From a bacterium (GTDB lineage Bacteria > Hydrothermota > UBA3072 > JAPDKE01): a stretch of DNA of 64,000 bases. Positions 45,181 through 56,207 of the stretch are shown piece after piece. Location: contig JAPDKE010000022.1 of NCBI GenBank assembly GCA_029258725.1, positions 10,881-74,880 on the forward strand, read 5' to 3'. How positions within the stretch are numbered: position 1 is the stretch's first letter; each line of letters starts with the position of its first letter. The notes under the pieces were generated by a model, which had not been told where the DNA came from, did not search any database, and worked only from the letters and a program-made list of their open reading frames with translations. A program made the position numbers and the translations under genes.

Positions 45181-48100
45181 TTACCTCAGGTACACCGTCT
45201 TCAGTCTTCCCTCGTAGTCGGGTGCCGTCATCCTGAAGATGTAGATTCCGGATGCAACCCTTCTTCCACTCTCGCTGGTTCCATCCCATCTCACCACATG
45301 ATATCCAGGCTCAAGTTCGCCATCAACGAGTGTCTTCACCTTTCTTCCCATCACGTTGAACACCTCAACCTTCACATGCGCCCTGTAAGGAACACCAAAT
45401 CTCACGGAAGTAGCATTGTGGAATGGATTCGGTGAAGCACCAAGCAGTGCAAACTCAGCAGGTGCACCAACCCTGTGCTCAACGGATGTTGTAGCAAGAT
45501 ACTCAACCTTACCACCCTTCATCATTCCGACTCTGTAGATGTATGTCTCACCGATCTTTACATCCACATCCAGATACTCATAGGTATTTGGTCTTGTAGC
45601 CCTGGAAGGCTCAACGCGGGCAAGTTCGATCCAGTCATCACCATTCTTCTTTTCAAGAACCCATGCATCAACGTTGGAATTGGAAGTGCTCCAGGTGAGC
45701 TTCACACCAGCAGGGGTTGAGATACCATAGAAGTTGGTAAGGTAGGTTGCAAGGGTTACAAGAACATAGGACTCAGGTGAGCTGAACGGGCTTGATGTGT
45801 AGATATTGTATGCCTTGAAGGCATAGTAGTAATCGTAGTTATTGAAGTCAAGTCCGGTGTCAATGAAGTATGTGTCTGGAAGGGTGTATTCATTGGGTGC
45901 CACAACAACTCCAACTCTCGTGTATGCCTTCCTTGGAGGCACGCCCGTATTTTTACCCTTGGAAACCGCCTCCCTGTAAATCACGATGCTGTCCGTGAAC
46001 TCCCACCATGGTCTCTGATGCCAGTGGAGTGTGCATGCGGTCTGGCTTCCTGTTCTTGTAATCTTGTCCGTAACAGGGACAGGAGGTCTTGGAGCAACGA
46101 GGGGCTCAACATCAAAGCACCAGACCTTGAACTGGTTCCAGTCCGCCTGCCAGAGGTAGTATGGAGGCTGCCATGCATTATCGTAGAGGAGACAGGAATC
46201 GGGCTCTTTAACATCCTGAGAAGGTGGCCAGAACTCCTGAAATGGCTCAAGATAACGGTCTGGCTGGAATCCTCTTCTTACAACGGACATCCAGGTTGCT
46301 CCTCCAACCGCCTCTGCACCGCTTCCATAGGTGGTCCACCATGCCCTTCCATCCCATGCAAGCCCTCTTCCATTTGGCATGAACCATGCGGAATCCGCCT
46401 CTATGAGATAGGAATCATACCTGAGCTGTCCATTGGGTCCATGATATCCAAGTGTCTCGGCAACGGGTGGAACCCTGTCAAGTGCAGGGACTGCAGCACC
46501 TATGGAATCGGGGTCATCGTCTTCTCCATTACTATCTCCACTGTAGTAGTCATGCCACCATGCGTAGAGTCTGAAGTTGGAGTAATCAGGATAACCTGAA
46601 GATGTAATGGTGGGTCCTGCGTCAACTCCCCTTATACGCTTGACCTCCGTTCCATCTCTTCCTGCCCTCGCTGCATAAACCGTTGCCTCCACATACAAGG
46701 CAGTAAGTCTTGTGAGGTCTCCTCCGGAGACCGTGTATTTGTAAAGCGAGTCTCCTCCTGTAACCCAGAGGGTATCGGTTCCTGGCCAGAATTCTGCACC
46801 CATTGGATATCTGTCCTGAGAGTAAGAAAGTGCTCCTATGCGGCTTGGATTCTTGGGATCGGCTACATCGTAGTAATCACCGCCCCATGTCTTATCGCTG
46901 AAGTTCACCCGGAACACGTAGAGATAGTCGTTGACATCATCAAATGCAATGCCAGAGGGGTTTGGATAGTTATCGTTGGTGAAATCCAGAGTTGCAATTA
47001 TGTGCTGATGGCAGGTCTGGAGAATAAATGTGCATGTATCATTCCCCTGATCCGATGTTATTGCTATCCTCATCCTGGCACCATAAAGAGGAGGAGTGTA
47101 GACGGAGAGCCATATCCTGAATGGTGCACTGGAATTCCATACGGTGTCTGCAGCACCATGGGTGATGGTTCCGTATGAGACAGGTCCACCATTTATCACC
47201 TTCACATAATTTTCATCCTCACCAGGTATAAGAGATGCATCTACATTGGTAAGGTCCACGGATGTTCCAATGGGCTGATAGAGTCCTATGTAAACATCAA
47301 GGGTCTCCCCGGGTTCAGGAATTGTATCTCCATCGTTGGAACTCGCTATGGTGGTAAGGTCTTCCACATTATAATCTGCCACAGCAATCTTTGTTCCTCC
47401 ATCTCCATATATCTTATTCCTCAACCACTCCCATGCCCTCACCAGGTCTATCATACCCCATCCGTAGGTATTGTCATTTCCGGCATCTCCCTTATCCTTC
47501 GCTGTTACCATCAGTGCCTTCTTTATTGTATCCATGCATGCAACACCATACATCTTCTCAAGGGTATCACCAAAGATGGAGTAAAGCAGTCCATATGCAC
47601 CGGTTACATGGGGGGTTGCCATTGAGGTTCCCCATCCTGTCTCATACCAGTACTGCTGCATTCCCCTTCCACTCCACTCCCTTCCCATACAGGATATAAC
47701 CTCTGCACCAGGAGCACACACCTCTGGTTTGGTATCCTCTCCTCCCTGATTACAATCTGAGGGACCGCGTGAGGAGAACTTACACGCAGTATCTGCCTCC
47801 TGTCCATTCTCATAGTGCTGGACCACTGCTCCAACCGAGAAAACACTGTAGTCGGTATAGTTATTCTGTCCTGGAGAACAGGCAGTGCTTGCGTCAGGAC
47901 CATCGTTTCCTATGGCAAATATCATTGCAACACCAGCGGCCTCTGCATTTTTAATCCTGTCATCATCCTGAGTTACGCATCTCGAAGAAGAAGAGTATCC
48001 ATAGGAGTTATTTGCTGCAACAGGAACATCGTCAATCGTTGAGGAATTGCCATCCGGGTCTGCAACCCACTGCTGGCAGTCATCCATGTAGTTGAGGTCT

Positions 48101-48993
48101 CCAGGACCCTGAGAGGCTCTGCATCCTATCCACATTGCCTCCGGAGCAACACCAACCGGATGTGTCCCGTCCTCCTCCATTCCAACCATGGTGCCGGTCA
48201 CATGGGTTCCGTGGGTGAAGTCGGTGGGTCCCGGGTCTCTTGGAAGCCACTTTTCCTCCGCAGTGGCTCCTCCTGGATAGTAGAAGTACTGAGTATCACT
48301 CGCCGCATGCCAGAGGGTATCCCCATACACCAGGTAATGCTTCCACTTCCAGTAAAGTGCAGGGTGGAATGCATCCACACCCGAGTCAAGAGTTGCAAGA
48401 AGAACCCTGTCCCAGGAAGCAGCCCTTCCACTTCCATCACCGCCATTCGTGACCTTCACCATCTTCCCTCTGTACCCCATGTTCCACAGTTCAGGGGCAT
48501 GAATGTGTCTTATATGCCAGACCGGCTGGGTTGGGTCTATTTTCGTAGGGTCATAACCACCTATCTTCACAGGTCTTATCAGTTTCGGAGGAACAAATTC
48601 TCTCACAAGATATACCTCAGGTAATGCCGCAATCTGCTCTATTATGTCCCTGGTTGCAGTGAGCTTCACATAGTTTGCAATCCACATCGGTTTGTACCAG
48701 GAAACCTTACCCTTTGCCTTACCAGCCTTCGCTATCTTTATCACATTTTTCTGGGTCCGCCTTGCTGTTTCCCTCAAACCATCAATAACCGCCTTGTGAA
48801 TCTCCGCAAAGGTCCTTCCCTCCTCGGTCATCCTGTTCCTCACTGCCCAGGCATCAAACTGCTCCACCATCTCCACAACAACCGTAAACATATCCTGAGG
48901 GGATGCCTTCTCGAGTTTCTGCCTGAGGGAATAGGAGATGGTACCACCCATCAAAAACATGGGTAAGACCATTAAAAGAAGCAAGCGCCTCAT
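45181..48993 (-). CDS. Secreted subtilisin-like serine protease (peptidase S8) with N-terminal I9-like propeptide, large C-terminal extension and T9SS-type sorting domain
   Basis: 1270 aa. Signal peptide, then the catalytic triad motifs ATLDSGVD (Asp), HGTHVTGTM (His) and GTSMATPHVTG (Ser). The C-terminus is a CTD (LLGASPNPFHNATSVRF...GIYIFRMTAPDYEGRLKTVYLR). Confidence 0.85.
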   Translation of the reverse strand: MRRLLLLMVLPMFLMGGTISYSLRQKLEKASPQDMFTVVVEMVEQFDAWAVRNRMTEEGRTFAEIHKAVIDGLRETARRTQKNVIKIAKAGKAKGKVSWYKPMWIANYVKLTATRDIIEQIAALPEVYLVREFVPPKLIRPVKIGGYDPTKIDPTQPVWHIRHIHAPELWNMGYRGKMVKVTNGGDGSGRAASWDRVLLATLDSGVDAFHPALYWKWKHYLVYGDTLWHAASDTQYFYYPGGATAEEKWLPRDPGPTDFTHGTHVTGTMVGMEEDGTHPVGVAPEAMWIGCRASQGPGDLNYMDDCQQWVADPDGNSSTIDDVPVAANNSYGYSSSSRCVTQDDDRIKNAEAAGVAMIFAIGNDGPDASTACSPGQNNYTDYSVFSVGAVVQHYENGQEADTACKFSSRGPSDCNQGGEDTKPEVCAPGAEVISCMGREWSGRGMQQYWYETGWGTSMATPHVTGAYGLLYSIFGDTLEKMYGVACMDTIKKALMVTAKDKGDAGNDNTYGWGMIDLVRAWEWLRNKIYGDGGTKIAVADYNVEDLTTIASSNDGDTIPEPGETLDVYIGLYQPIGTSVDLTNVDASLIPGEDENYVKVINGGPVSYGTITHGAADTVWNSSAPFRIWLSVYTPPLYGARMRIAITSDQGNDTCTFILQTCHQHIIATLDFTNDNYPNPSGIAFDDVNDYLYVFRVNFSDKTWGGDYYDVADPKNPSRIGALSYSQDRYPMGAEFWPGTDTLWVTGGDSLYKYTVSGGDLTRLTALYVEATVYAARAGRDGTEVKRIRGVDAGPTITSSGYPDYSNFRLYAWWHDYYSGDSNGEDDDPDSIGAAVPALDRVPPVAETLGYHGPNGQLRYDSYLIEADSAWFMPNGRGLAWDGRAWWTTYGSGAEAVGGATWMSVVRRGFQPDRYLEPFQEFWPPSQDVKEPDSCLLYDNAWQPPYYLWQADWNQFKVWCFDVEPLVAPRPPVPVTDKITRTGSQTACTLHWHQRPWWEFTDSIVIYREAVSKGKNTGVPPRKAYTRVGVVVAPNEYTLPDTYFIDTGLDFNNYDYYYAFKAYNIYTSSPFSSPESYVLVTLATYLTNFYGISTPAGVKLTWSTSNSNVDAWVLEKKNGDDWIELARVEPSRATRPNTYEYLDVDVKIGETYIYRVGMMKGGKVEYLATTSVEHRVGAPAEFALLGASPNPFHNATSVRFGVPYRAHVKVEVFNVMGRKVKTLVDGELEPGYHVVRWDGTSESGRRVASGIYIFRMTAPDYEGRLKTVYLR

Positions 48994-49511
48994 GGTGACA
49001 CCTCCTTTGTGAGTTCAGTTAAAAGTCTCACAAACTCCTCCTCAACCACTCCCGGCTCGTTTCCTATTTCCCACGCCCTGATTATTCCTTTTGTGTCAAT
49101 CACATAACTTGCCGGGATGCTTCTTACGATGTATTTTTTCTTTATCTTCTCATCCCCGATGAGATATACAAAGCTGTGCTTCATCGTGTATTCCCTTTTT
49201 GAAAACTTCCCATACATGGGGACCCTTATTGAAACAAGATGGAACTTCCCCTCAAATTTTGGAAAAAGTATCGTATCCAGTTTAACCATAAATTCCACAC
49301 ACGCCTTGCATCCTGGCTCACCAAAAACGAGAATTACGGGTTTGTCAAGAAGGGAGTAAAGAGACACCCTTTTCCCATTCCTGTCAGGAAGGACAAAATC
49401 CGGTGCCTTTTCCCCCACCTTTATAACCCTGGGTCTCGCTCCCAGAATGTATATTCCTCCTCCAATCAGCAGCAATCCGATGATGATTAAAAGTAGCCAC
49501 CTTTTCTTCAT
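48990..49511 (-). CDS. Thioredoxin-fold thiol:disulfide oxidoreductase (TlpA/redoxin-like), membrane-anchored
   Basis: Start taken at the ATG at 49511 (MKKRWLLLIIIGLLLIGG signal anchor). The product contains a CxxC-like GEPGCKAC motif. The track ORF extends further upstream to 49631. Confidence 0.65.
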   Translation of the reverse strand: MKKRWLLLIIIGLLLIGGGIYILGARPRVIKVGEKAPDFVLPDRNGKRVSLYSLLDKPVILVFGEPGCKACVEFMVKLDTILFPKFEGKFHLVSIRVPMYGKFSKREYTMKHSFVYLIGDEKIKKKYIVRSIPASYVIDTKGIIRAWEIGNEPGVVEEEFVRLLTELTKEVSP

Positions 49512-49660
49512 AGCAGAAAGAATAATACAAAAATTATGCCAGATATTAAGTGCTTGAAAATCAAAACGATTAACCCCGAGATGTGTAATTTTTACATCTC
49601 CTTTGAATGTAAATTTTTTCCCTTGACACATCGAGATTTTTTGATAACTTAAAAGAAAAT

Positions 49661-49733
<73 letters not shown>

Positions 49734-49747
49734 TTTTTAAAAATACG

Positions 49748-50239
49748 ATGCTGAGATATCTTATGGAGGAAGAGAAAAAGAGACTTTTTTCTATTGCAGA
49801 GAAGAAGGATTATCAGGAGGGAGAGATTATCTTCTCCGAGGGGGATAAAAACAAGGAAATGTATATCATTGAAAAAGGGAAGGTAAAGGTATTTCTGGAA
49901 AGGGAAGGTGAAGAGATAGAACTTTCAACATTTTCAGAAGGAGAATTTTTTGGGGAGATGGCATTGTTTACAGGAAGGGAAAGAACCGCATCTATAAAGG
50001 CAATAGAACCCACCACCCTTCTTATATTTAAAAGGAAGGATATGGAGAGACTTATAGAAGAGCATCCAAAGATAGGGGCAAAGGTTCTTTTTGCCGTAAT
50101 AGAGGAAATTTCTGAAAGGCTTGCCAGAACAAACGAGGAATTTGAGACCTACTACCTGATTCACCGGGCCCTGCGGGAGAATCCCGGTTTCAGGGAAATG
50201 TTTTTGAAAATGATAAGGAAAAATGGAGGTGGAAGATGA
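49748..50239 (+). CDS. Stand-alone cyclic-nucleotide-binding (cNMP/CAP effector-type) domain protein
   Basis: 163 aa with the FGEMALF...RTASIKA phosphate-binding cassette and no DNA-binding or other output domain. Confidence 0.65.
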   Translation: MLRYLMEEEKKRLFSIAEKKDYQEGEIIFSEGDKNKEMYIIEKGKVKVFLEREGEEIELSTFSEGEFFGEMALFTGRERTASIKAIEPTTLLIFKRKDMERLIEEHPKIGAKVLFAVIEEISERLARTNEEFETYYLIHRALRENPGFREMFLKMIRKNGGGR

Positions 50240-52443
50240 TATACCTGGTTTATGTACTCTCATTCCCATCTGCTGCATCAGGGAGTGGATGTTTTCATGT
50301 AAGGACAGCAAAAACACTTCCAATGGCAAATATATCCGTCAACCTCAATTTCTTTTATTCCAGGGAGAAGTACCTCAACAGGTACAGATATCCTGACATG
50401 AGAGGTTACAGTGTTTATCATCACTACGCTACCTCAAAAATAGGCATCACTTATGGAATAATAGACTACATTGAGGCATTCCTTGGAACCACCGTTTATG
50501 GAAAGTATGATGAGCAGACGGAGGTGGGAGAGGATATTCCCACCAATGACCTCTATCTTGTAGGGGATAAAAACTTTTACGGAGGTCTTAAATTCTGGGT
50601 TCCTCTGATAAATACCCCGGAGCTCCTGGTCAAATGGAACATAGGGGGAGAGATATCAGGGAAGAGAAGTGTGTTTGATATTCAGGATGAGGATACCATG
50701 TTTATCCGTGAGTTCTCTCCAACATTTCCTACATGGGGGGTTCTTGAAGGAAGGCTGCTTACCGATGTAGAAATAGGCCCCCTGCTCATCCATCTCTCCG
50801 GAGGATACAGAAGAAACTTTGACAACAAAGGTCTCTCCTTCCCTGCGAATATGGAAGCAATCCAGAGCCTGCCCCCTGATGTCCAGCTGAGATTGATAGA
50901 GTACTGGAGCAGTTTCTATGATCCCCCTTACACAAACGCTCTGGTATGGGGAGTGGCAACCGAGATTCTTCTGGGACCATACGCGAGTTTTATTCTTGAA
51001 GGAAGCGGGGTATATCTCCCTTACCGATTCCTGGACATGGCTCCTGCAAATTACCCTGCAGGGGCGGATACATCCATAGGAACCGTGGGAATAAGATTTA
51101 TCACACCTGTTGGTGTGACCTTTGACTTCTCCGTTGACTGGCTGTTTACCCACAAAGATTTCGTGGGAGACTGGTACTTTACAGGCGTACATACACTTCC
51201 CAGAGAAACCGAATGGGAGTATATACCCTCAGGTACTGAAGTGGAAAATTACTACAACGTCCTTGGAAGATGGAGATACCACTTCGGAATAACCACAACC
51301 AATCCCCTTATACCAGAGCCAGAGGAACCCCCAAAAGGGGAAATTGCTGTTAGTGTCAGAGACGCACACACAGACCTTCCGCTGGTAGCCCAGGTCACTG
51401 TTGAAAAGGAGGGAGAGGTTATTGAGGCATTGCCCACGGATGAGGCAGGAAATCTCCTTCTCAGCCTTGCCCCCGGGATTTACAAAATTTCCATATCCAA
51501 AGAGGGATACATAACAAGGAAGTTCACGGTGACGGTGAAGAAAGGAGCGAGTGTAAACCTGCCTGTCTCTCTTAAAAAGAAAACCATTCCAACCGGTATA
51601 GTCGCTGTAAAGGTTACTGACAGCAAAACCGGAAATCCCGTGATGGCAAATATAACCTTCTCAGACCCCGAAATTTCCCCGATAACAACCGATGTTAATG
51701 GAGAGGCAAACATAAAACTCAAACCCGGAAGTTACGAACTCACAATAACCGCGGAAGGATACCATCCAAAGACGGTTCCTGTGAGCGTAAAGCAGGGTGC
51801 ATCAATTCCACTTCCCGTTGTTCTTGAGCCCGCAACCACGGCAAAGGGAATATTCACAGGAACCGTTACAGATGTTAGAACAGGAAAACCCGTGGGTGCA
51901 AAGATAACCTTCCTGGGCACGAATCTTAAACCCATCGTATCCGACCTTGAAACAGGAATATTCAAGGTTGAACTGCCTCCAGGGACCTATCAGGTGAAGG
52001 TTGAGGCTGATGGATATCAGCCAAAGGCAATACCGGTGGTGATAAAAGAGGGAGAGACGACAATCCAGTACATAAAACTGGCGGAGAAACTCACAAAGAA
52101 GAAGAGAATTGTCCTTCAGGGAATAAACTTTGACCCTGGCAAGGCAGTGATAAAGCCCATGTACTACCCCATTCTTGACAGGGTTGCGGAGGTCCTGAAA
52201 GAGAATCCCAATGTGAAGGTTGAGATACAGGGACATACCGACTCTGTTGGACCGGAAGACTACAACCTCAGGCTCTCACAGGCAAGGGCTGAGGCGGTAA
52301 GACAGTATCTCATAAGCAAGGGAATCTCCCCTGACAGGCTCATTGCAAAGGGATACGGTGAGATGATGCCAATTGCAGACAACCGCACACGGGAGGGAAG
52401 GGCAAAGAACAGAAGAATTGAGTTTGTCGTAATAGAGGAGTGA
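50236..52443 (+). CDS. OmpA-family outer-membrane protein with 3-4 carboxypeptidase-regulatory-like (Big/CarboxypepD_reg) repeats
   Basis: 735 aa. The N-terminal region is beta-rich. Tandem ~80-aa repeats follow (G.I.V.V.D..TG.P..A.IT.......I.TD..G.....L.PG.Y...I.AEGY.PK..PV.VK.G). The protein ends with an OmpA_C peptidoglycan-binding domain (NFDPGKAVIKP...LSQARAEAV...NRRIEFVV). Confidence 0.75.
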   Translation: MIYLVYVLSFPSAASGSGCFHVRTAKTLPMANISVNLNFFYSREKYLNRYRYPDMRGYSVYHHYATSKIGITYGIIDYIEAFLGTTVYGKYDEQTEVGEDIPTNDLYLVGDKNFYGGLKFWVPLINTPELLVKWNIGGEISGKRSVFDIQDEDTMFIREFSPTFPTWGVLEGRLLTDVEIGPLLIHLSGGYRRNFDNKGLSFPANMEAIQSLPPDVQLRLIEYWSSFYDPPYTNALVWGVATEILLGPYASFILEGSGVYLPYRFLDMAPANYPAGADTSIGTVGIRFITPVGVTFDFSVDWLFTHKDFVGDWYFTGVHTLPRETEWEYIPSGTEVENYYNVLGRWRYHFGITTTNPLIPEPEEPPKGEIAVSVRDAHTDLPLVAQVTVEKEGEVIEALPTDEAGNLLLSLAPGIYKISISKEGYITRKFTVTVKKGASVNLPVSLKKKTIPTGIVAVKVTDSKTGNPVMANITFSDPEISPITTDVNGEANIKLKPGSYELTITAEGYHPKTVPVSVKQGASIPLPVVLEPATTAKGIFTGTVTDVRTGKPVGAKITFLGTNLKPIVSDLETGIFKVELPPGTYQVKVEADGYQPKAIPVVIKEGETTIQYIKLAEKLTKKKRIVLQGINFDPGKAVIKPMYYPILDRVAEVLKENPNVKVEIQGHTDSVGPEDYNLRLSQARAEAVRQYLISKGISPDRLIAKGYGEMMPIADNRTREGRAKNRRIEFVVIEE

Positions 52444-54440
52444 TTGATATTCTCCAGGAACTCAATGAGGAACAGAGAAGGGCTGTCCTCTGTGAGGATG
52501 GCCCTGTTTTGATTCTTGCAGGGGCGGGAAGCGGGAAGACACGCGTTTTAACCTACCGGATTGCATACCTCATTGGTGAAAGGAATGTTCCTCCCGGAAG
52601 AATCCTTGCGATGACATTCACAAACAAGGCAGCCGATGAGATGAAAGAGAGACTGAAGCAGATGCTCGGGGAAAGAATAAAATCCATGTGGGTTGGAACA
52701 TTTCATTCAATATGCGCAAGAATTTTGAGGGAACACGCAGAAAGGCTGGGATACACAAGGGATTACTCAATCTATGATGAGGAGGACAGGGAAAGAATCA
52801 TAAAGAGAATCATAGAGCAGGAAGAACTCAGGATATCCCCGGGGCAGGCAGTGAAAATAATATCCCGTCTGAAACAGGGACTGATTTCTCCGGATGAATG
52901 TTCAGGAGATGAGCTTGCCTGTCTTTATTCCAGGTACAATGAAAAACTAAAAGAAAACAACGCCATGGACTTTGACGACCTTCTGATGAACACCATCCGG
53001 CTCTTTGAAAATCATCCTGCGGTAAAGGAAATTTATGCAAGAAGGTTTCTTCATGTGCTTGTGGACGAGTATCAGGATACAAATCGGGCACAGTATGTGA
53101 TTTTAAAGCACATAACCTCAATTCACCGGAATCTTTTTGTCGTTGGAGACGATGACCAGTCCATATACAGTTTCAGGGGGGCGGAGATAAGAAATATTCT
53201 TGATTTTGAAAAGGACTTCCCGGATGTAAAAATATACAAACTTGAAAGAAACTACCGATCAACAGGAAATATTTTAAAGGTTGCATCAAACCTTGTTGCA
53301 CACAATAGAGGAAGAAAGGAAAAGGTTCTCTGGACCGATGCATCCGATGGGGAACCGGTTATGGTTATAGAAAAGGAAACAGAATACGATGAATCCCTTG
53401 AGGTCGCAAGGATAGTTGAGCGAGAACTTGAGAGGACACCCCCGGGAGAGATTGCCGTTCTTTACCGGGCAAACTACCTCTCAAGGAGCATTGAGGAGGC
53501 ACTTAGAAGAAAGAATATTCCTTACCGGGTGGTTGGGGGAATAAGGTTCTATGAAAGAAAGGAAATAAAGGATGTTCTCTCCTATCTCAGAATAATGGTA
53601 AATCCGAGAGACGACGAGAGCATGCTTAGAATAATCAACACCCCTCCACGCGGGATAGGGAAGGCAACCCTGAGAAACCTTCTTGATATTGCAGAGGAAA
53701 GGAAAATTTCCCTTTTTGATGCCCTTGAATTTACGGATATTCCTGCCCTTTCCTCCTTCCGCTCCCTGCTTCATGAACTTATGGATGAAAAGGAGGACGT
53801 AAGGGATGCGGTGAGGGCGGTTTTGAATAAAACGGGGTATCTCTCATATCTGGAAGAGAGCGGGAAGGAGGAAGACCTGAACAGAATAGAAAACCTGGAG
53901 GAACTCGTATCCTCAATAGATGAATGGGTGAGAAGGACCGGAGAAACATCTGTTTCTTCCTATCTTTCAACCATTTCCCTCTACACCGAAATAGACCGGT
54001 GGGATAAAAGTGAGATGGTGAATCTCATGACCCTCCACAACACAAAGGGGCTTGAGTTTGAGGTCGTGATAATAACCGGGGTTGAGGATGGGATTTTACC
54101 CCACCGCAGGTCCCTTGAGGAGGGAAATGAGGAGGAGGAAAGAAGGCTCTTTTATGTTGGTATAACAAGGGCAAAAAAGAGACTTTACATACTCTACTCA
54201 AGGGCAAGGGGAACATCGTGGGGACCATCAAGATTTCTCGGTGAGATAGGAAGGGAAGGTGTGAAGTTTGTGGGTTCTCCGGAAAGAGGCAGAAGGGTAT
54301 TCCATCCATATTATGGTGAAGGGATAGTGATAAGGGTTGAGGATGGAGGAAGGAAGATAACCGTGGACTTCGGGACGTTTACAAAAAAGTTCATCGTGGA
54401 CCTTGCACCCCTGAAATTCCTTGACAACGGGGATTATTGA
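52440..54440 (+). CDS. uvrD: ATP-dependent DNA helicase, UvrD/PcrA family
   Basis: 666 aa with Walker A GAGSGKTRVL, the DEYQDTN motif and other SF1 helicase motifs (Q-motif LNEEQRRAV). Confidence 0.9.
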   Translation: MIDILQELNEEQRRAVLCEDGPVLILAGAGSGKTRVLTYRIAYLIGERNVPPGRILAMTFTNKAADEMKERLKQMLGERIKSMWVGTFHSICARILREHAERLGYTRDYSIYDEEDRERIIKRIIEQEELRISPGQAVKIISRLKQGLISPDECSGDELACLYSRYNEKLKENNAMDFDDLLMNTIRLFENHPAVKEIYARRFLHVLVDEYQDTNRAQYVILKHITSIHRNLFVVGDDDQSIYSFRGAEIRNILDFEKDFPDVKIYKLERNYRSTGNILKVASNLVAHNRGRKEKVLWTDASDGEPVMVIEKETEYDESLEVARIVERELERTPPGEIAVLYRANYLSRSIEEALRRKNIPYRVVGGIRFYERKEIKDVLSYLRIMVNPRDDESMLRIINTPPRGIGKATLRNLLDIAEERKISLFDALEFTDIPALSSFRSLLHELMDEKEDVRDAVRAVLNKTGYLSYLEESGKEEDLNRIENLEELVSSIDEWVRRTGETSVSSYLSTISLYTEIDRWDKSEMVNLMTLHNTKGLEFEVVIITGVEDGILPHRRSLEEGNEEEERRLFYVGITRAKKRLYILYSRARGTSWGPSRFLGEIGREGVKFVGSPERGRRVFHPYYGEGIVIRVEDGGRKITVDFGTFTKKFIVDLAPLKFLDNGDY

Positions 54441-54470
54441 AAATAAAATTCTGTAAAAAAAGGAGGTCTT

Positions 54471-55223
54471 ATGGCAGGACATTCAAAATGGGCTCAGATA
54501 AAGAGAAAAAAGGAAAAGATGGACAAGAGAAGGGGGCAGATATTCACAAAACTCATAAGGGAAATCACGGTTGCTGCAAGGGAAGGTGGAGGAAATCCTG
54601 AATTCAATCCCAGATTGAGGCTTGCAATAGAGCACGCAAAGGCACACAACATGCCCTGGGAGAACATAGAGCGCGCAATAAAGAGGGGGACTGGAGAATT
54701 GCCTGGAGTGAGTTATGAGGAGATAAGATACGAGGGATACGGACCGGGTGGGGTTGCATTCATCATTGAGACCATGACAGACAACCGGAACCGGACAACA
54801 TCCGAAATAAGACACATATTCTCAAAGCACGGTGGACATCTCGGAAGCACGGGATGTGTTGCATGGATGTTCCAGGACAAGGGATTCATAACCGTGGAGA
54901 AGTCAAAGGTTGATGAGGATACCATAATTGAGATAGCACTTGAGGCAGGGGCTGAGGATGTGAAGGCAGAGGGTGATTATTATGAGATTGTAACAGACCC
55001 CAGATCGTTCCATCAGGTAAAGACTGCACTTGAGGAGAAGGGAATACCCTATGAGTCTGCTGAACTCACAAAAATCCCACAGAACACAGTGAGACTTGAG
55101 GGTGACCAGGCCATAAAAATTCTCAAACTCATGGAGGAACTTGAGGAGCATCCTGATGTCCAGCATGTCTATGCGAACTTTGACATTCCTGAAAGCGTCA
55201 TGATGGAGGTTTCCGGGTCTTGA
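54471..55223 (+). CDS. yebC: YebC/PmpR family probable transcriptional regulatory protein
   Basis: 250 aa; [14 protein letters not shown] is the canonical YebC N-terminus. Confidence 0.9.
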   Translation: MAGHSKWAQIKRKKEKMDKRRGQIFTKLIREITVAAREGGGNPEFNPRLRLAIEHAKAHNMPWENIERAIKRGTGELPGVSYEEIRYEGYGPGGVAFIIETMTDNRNRTTSEIRHIFSKHGGHLGSTGCVAWMFQDKGFITVEKSKVDEDTIIEIALEAGAEDVKAEGDYYEIVTDPRSFHQVKTALEEKGIPYESAELTKIPQNTVRLEGDQAIKILKLMEELEEHPDVQHVYANFDIPESVMMEVSGS

Positions 55224-55678
55224 AGGTGATGGGAATAGACCCGGGATTTTCCAGAACAGGCTTTGGTATTATCTCCCCCGAGGGAGTAAGATTCGGGGTT
55301 ATAAAAGGAGGAAGGGGACCCAAACAGGAAAGGATGATGAGGATATGTGAGGAACTTGAAAGGATAATGAAGAGGGAAAAACCGGATGCGATTATCCTTG
55401 AGGAGTTTTATTACGGAAAGAACGCAAGAACCCTCTCTGTCCTTTCCGAACTCAAGGGAGCAATAATTTATCTGGCAGGAAAAAGAAAGATAAAGGTTTA
55501 TGAGTTCCCGGCAAGTGAGATAAAGAAGGGAATAACCGGAAACGGAAACGCATCAAAGGAACAGGTAAACCGGATGGTGAAGGAGTTACTTCACATAGAG
55601 GGAAACATACCCGAGGATGCATCGGATGCACTTGCATCCGCCTACTTCTTCATGGTGAGAAATGATATGGGAGATTGA
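55220..55678 (+). CDS. ruvC: Crossover junction endodeoxyribonuclease RuvC
   Basis: [15 protein letters not shown]-terminus and the catalytic acidic residues are present. The start is either the TTG at 55220 or the ATG at 55229. Confidence 0.85.
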   Translation: MKVMGIDPGFSRTGFGIISPEGVRFGVIKGGRGPKQERMMRICEELERIMKREKPDAIILEEFYYGKNARTLSVLSELKGAIIYLAGKRKIKVYEFPASEIKKGITGNGNASKEQVNRMVKELLHIEGNIPEDASDALASAYFFMVRNDMGD

Positions 55679-56207
55679 GGGAAAGGTAAAGAGAAAGGGA
55701 CCGACCTGGGCAATCCTTGACGTGAACGGGGTTGGATTTAAGGTCATTGTTCCCCTCACAACCTCGGAGAGGCTGAGGGTGGGAAAGGATTTTCTCTTAT
55801 ACACCGCAATGCTCATAAGGGATGAAAAACTGGAATTATACGGATTTTCAGAGGAGAGGGAAAGGGATATATTTCTTTCCCTGATTGAGATTCCGGGTAT
55901 AGGTCCGAGAACGGTTATCTCTCTTTTCTCAGGTATAACGGTTGAGGAATTTGAGCATGCTGTTGAAAGAGGAGACAGTTCCCTTCTATCATCTGTAAAG
56001 GGAATAGGGAAAAAGAAGGCGGAAAGAATTATATTTGAACTTAAAGGGAAACTTGAAAAACCTGAAAGGGGAGACGAACTTGCGGTCCGGGCGCTTGTCT
56101 CCCTGGGATACAAAAAGAAGGAGGCGGAGGAGAAGATAAGGAAGATAAGGAAGGAAAAACCTGAACTCGGGGTTGAGGAACTGGTGAAGGAGGCACTCAA
56201 AGGATGA
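55662..56207 (+). CDS. ruvA: Holliday junction DNA helicase RuvA
   Basis: 181 aa with an OB-fold N-terminus and the HhH motif IPGIGPRT. Confidence 0.85.
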   Translation: MIWEIEGKVKRKGPTWAILDVNGVGFKVIVPLTTSERLRVGKDFLLYTAMLIRDEKLELYGFSEERERDIFLSLIEIPGIGPRTVISLFSGITVEEFEHAVERGDSSLLSSVKGIGKKKAERIIFELKGKLEKPERGDELAVRALVSLGYKKKEAEEKIRKIRKEKPELGVEELVKEALKG

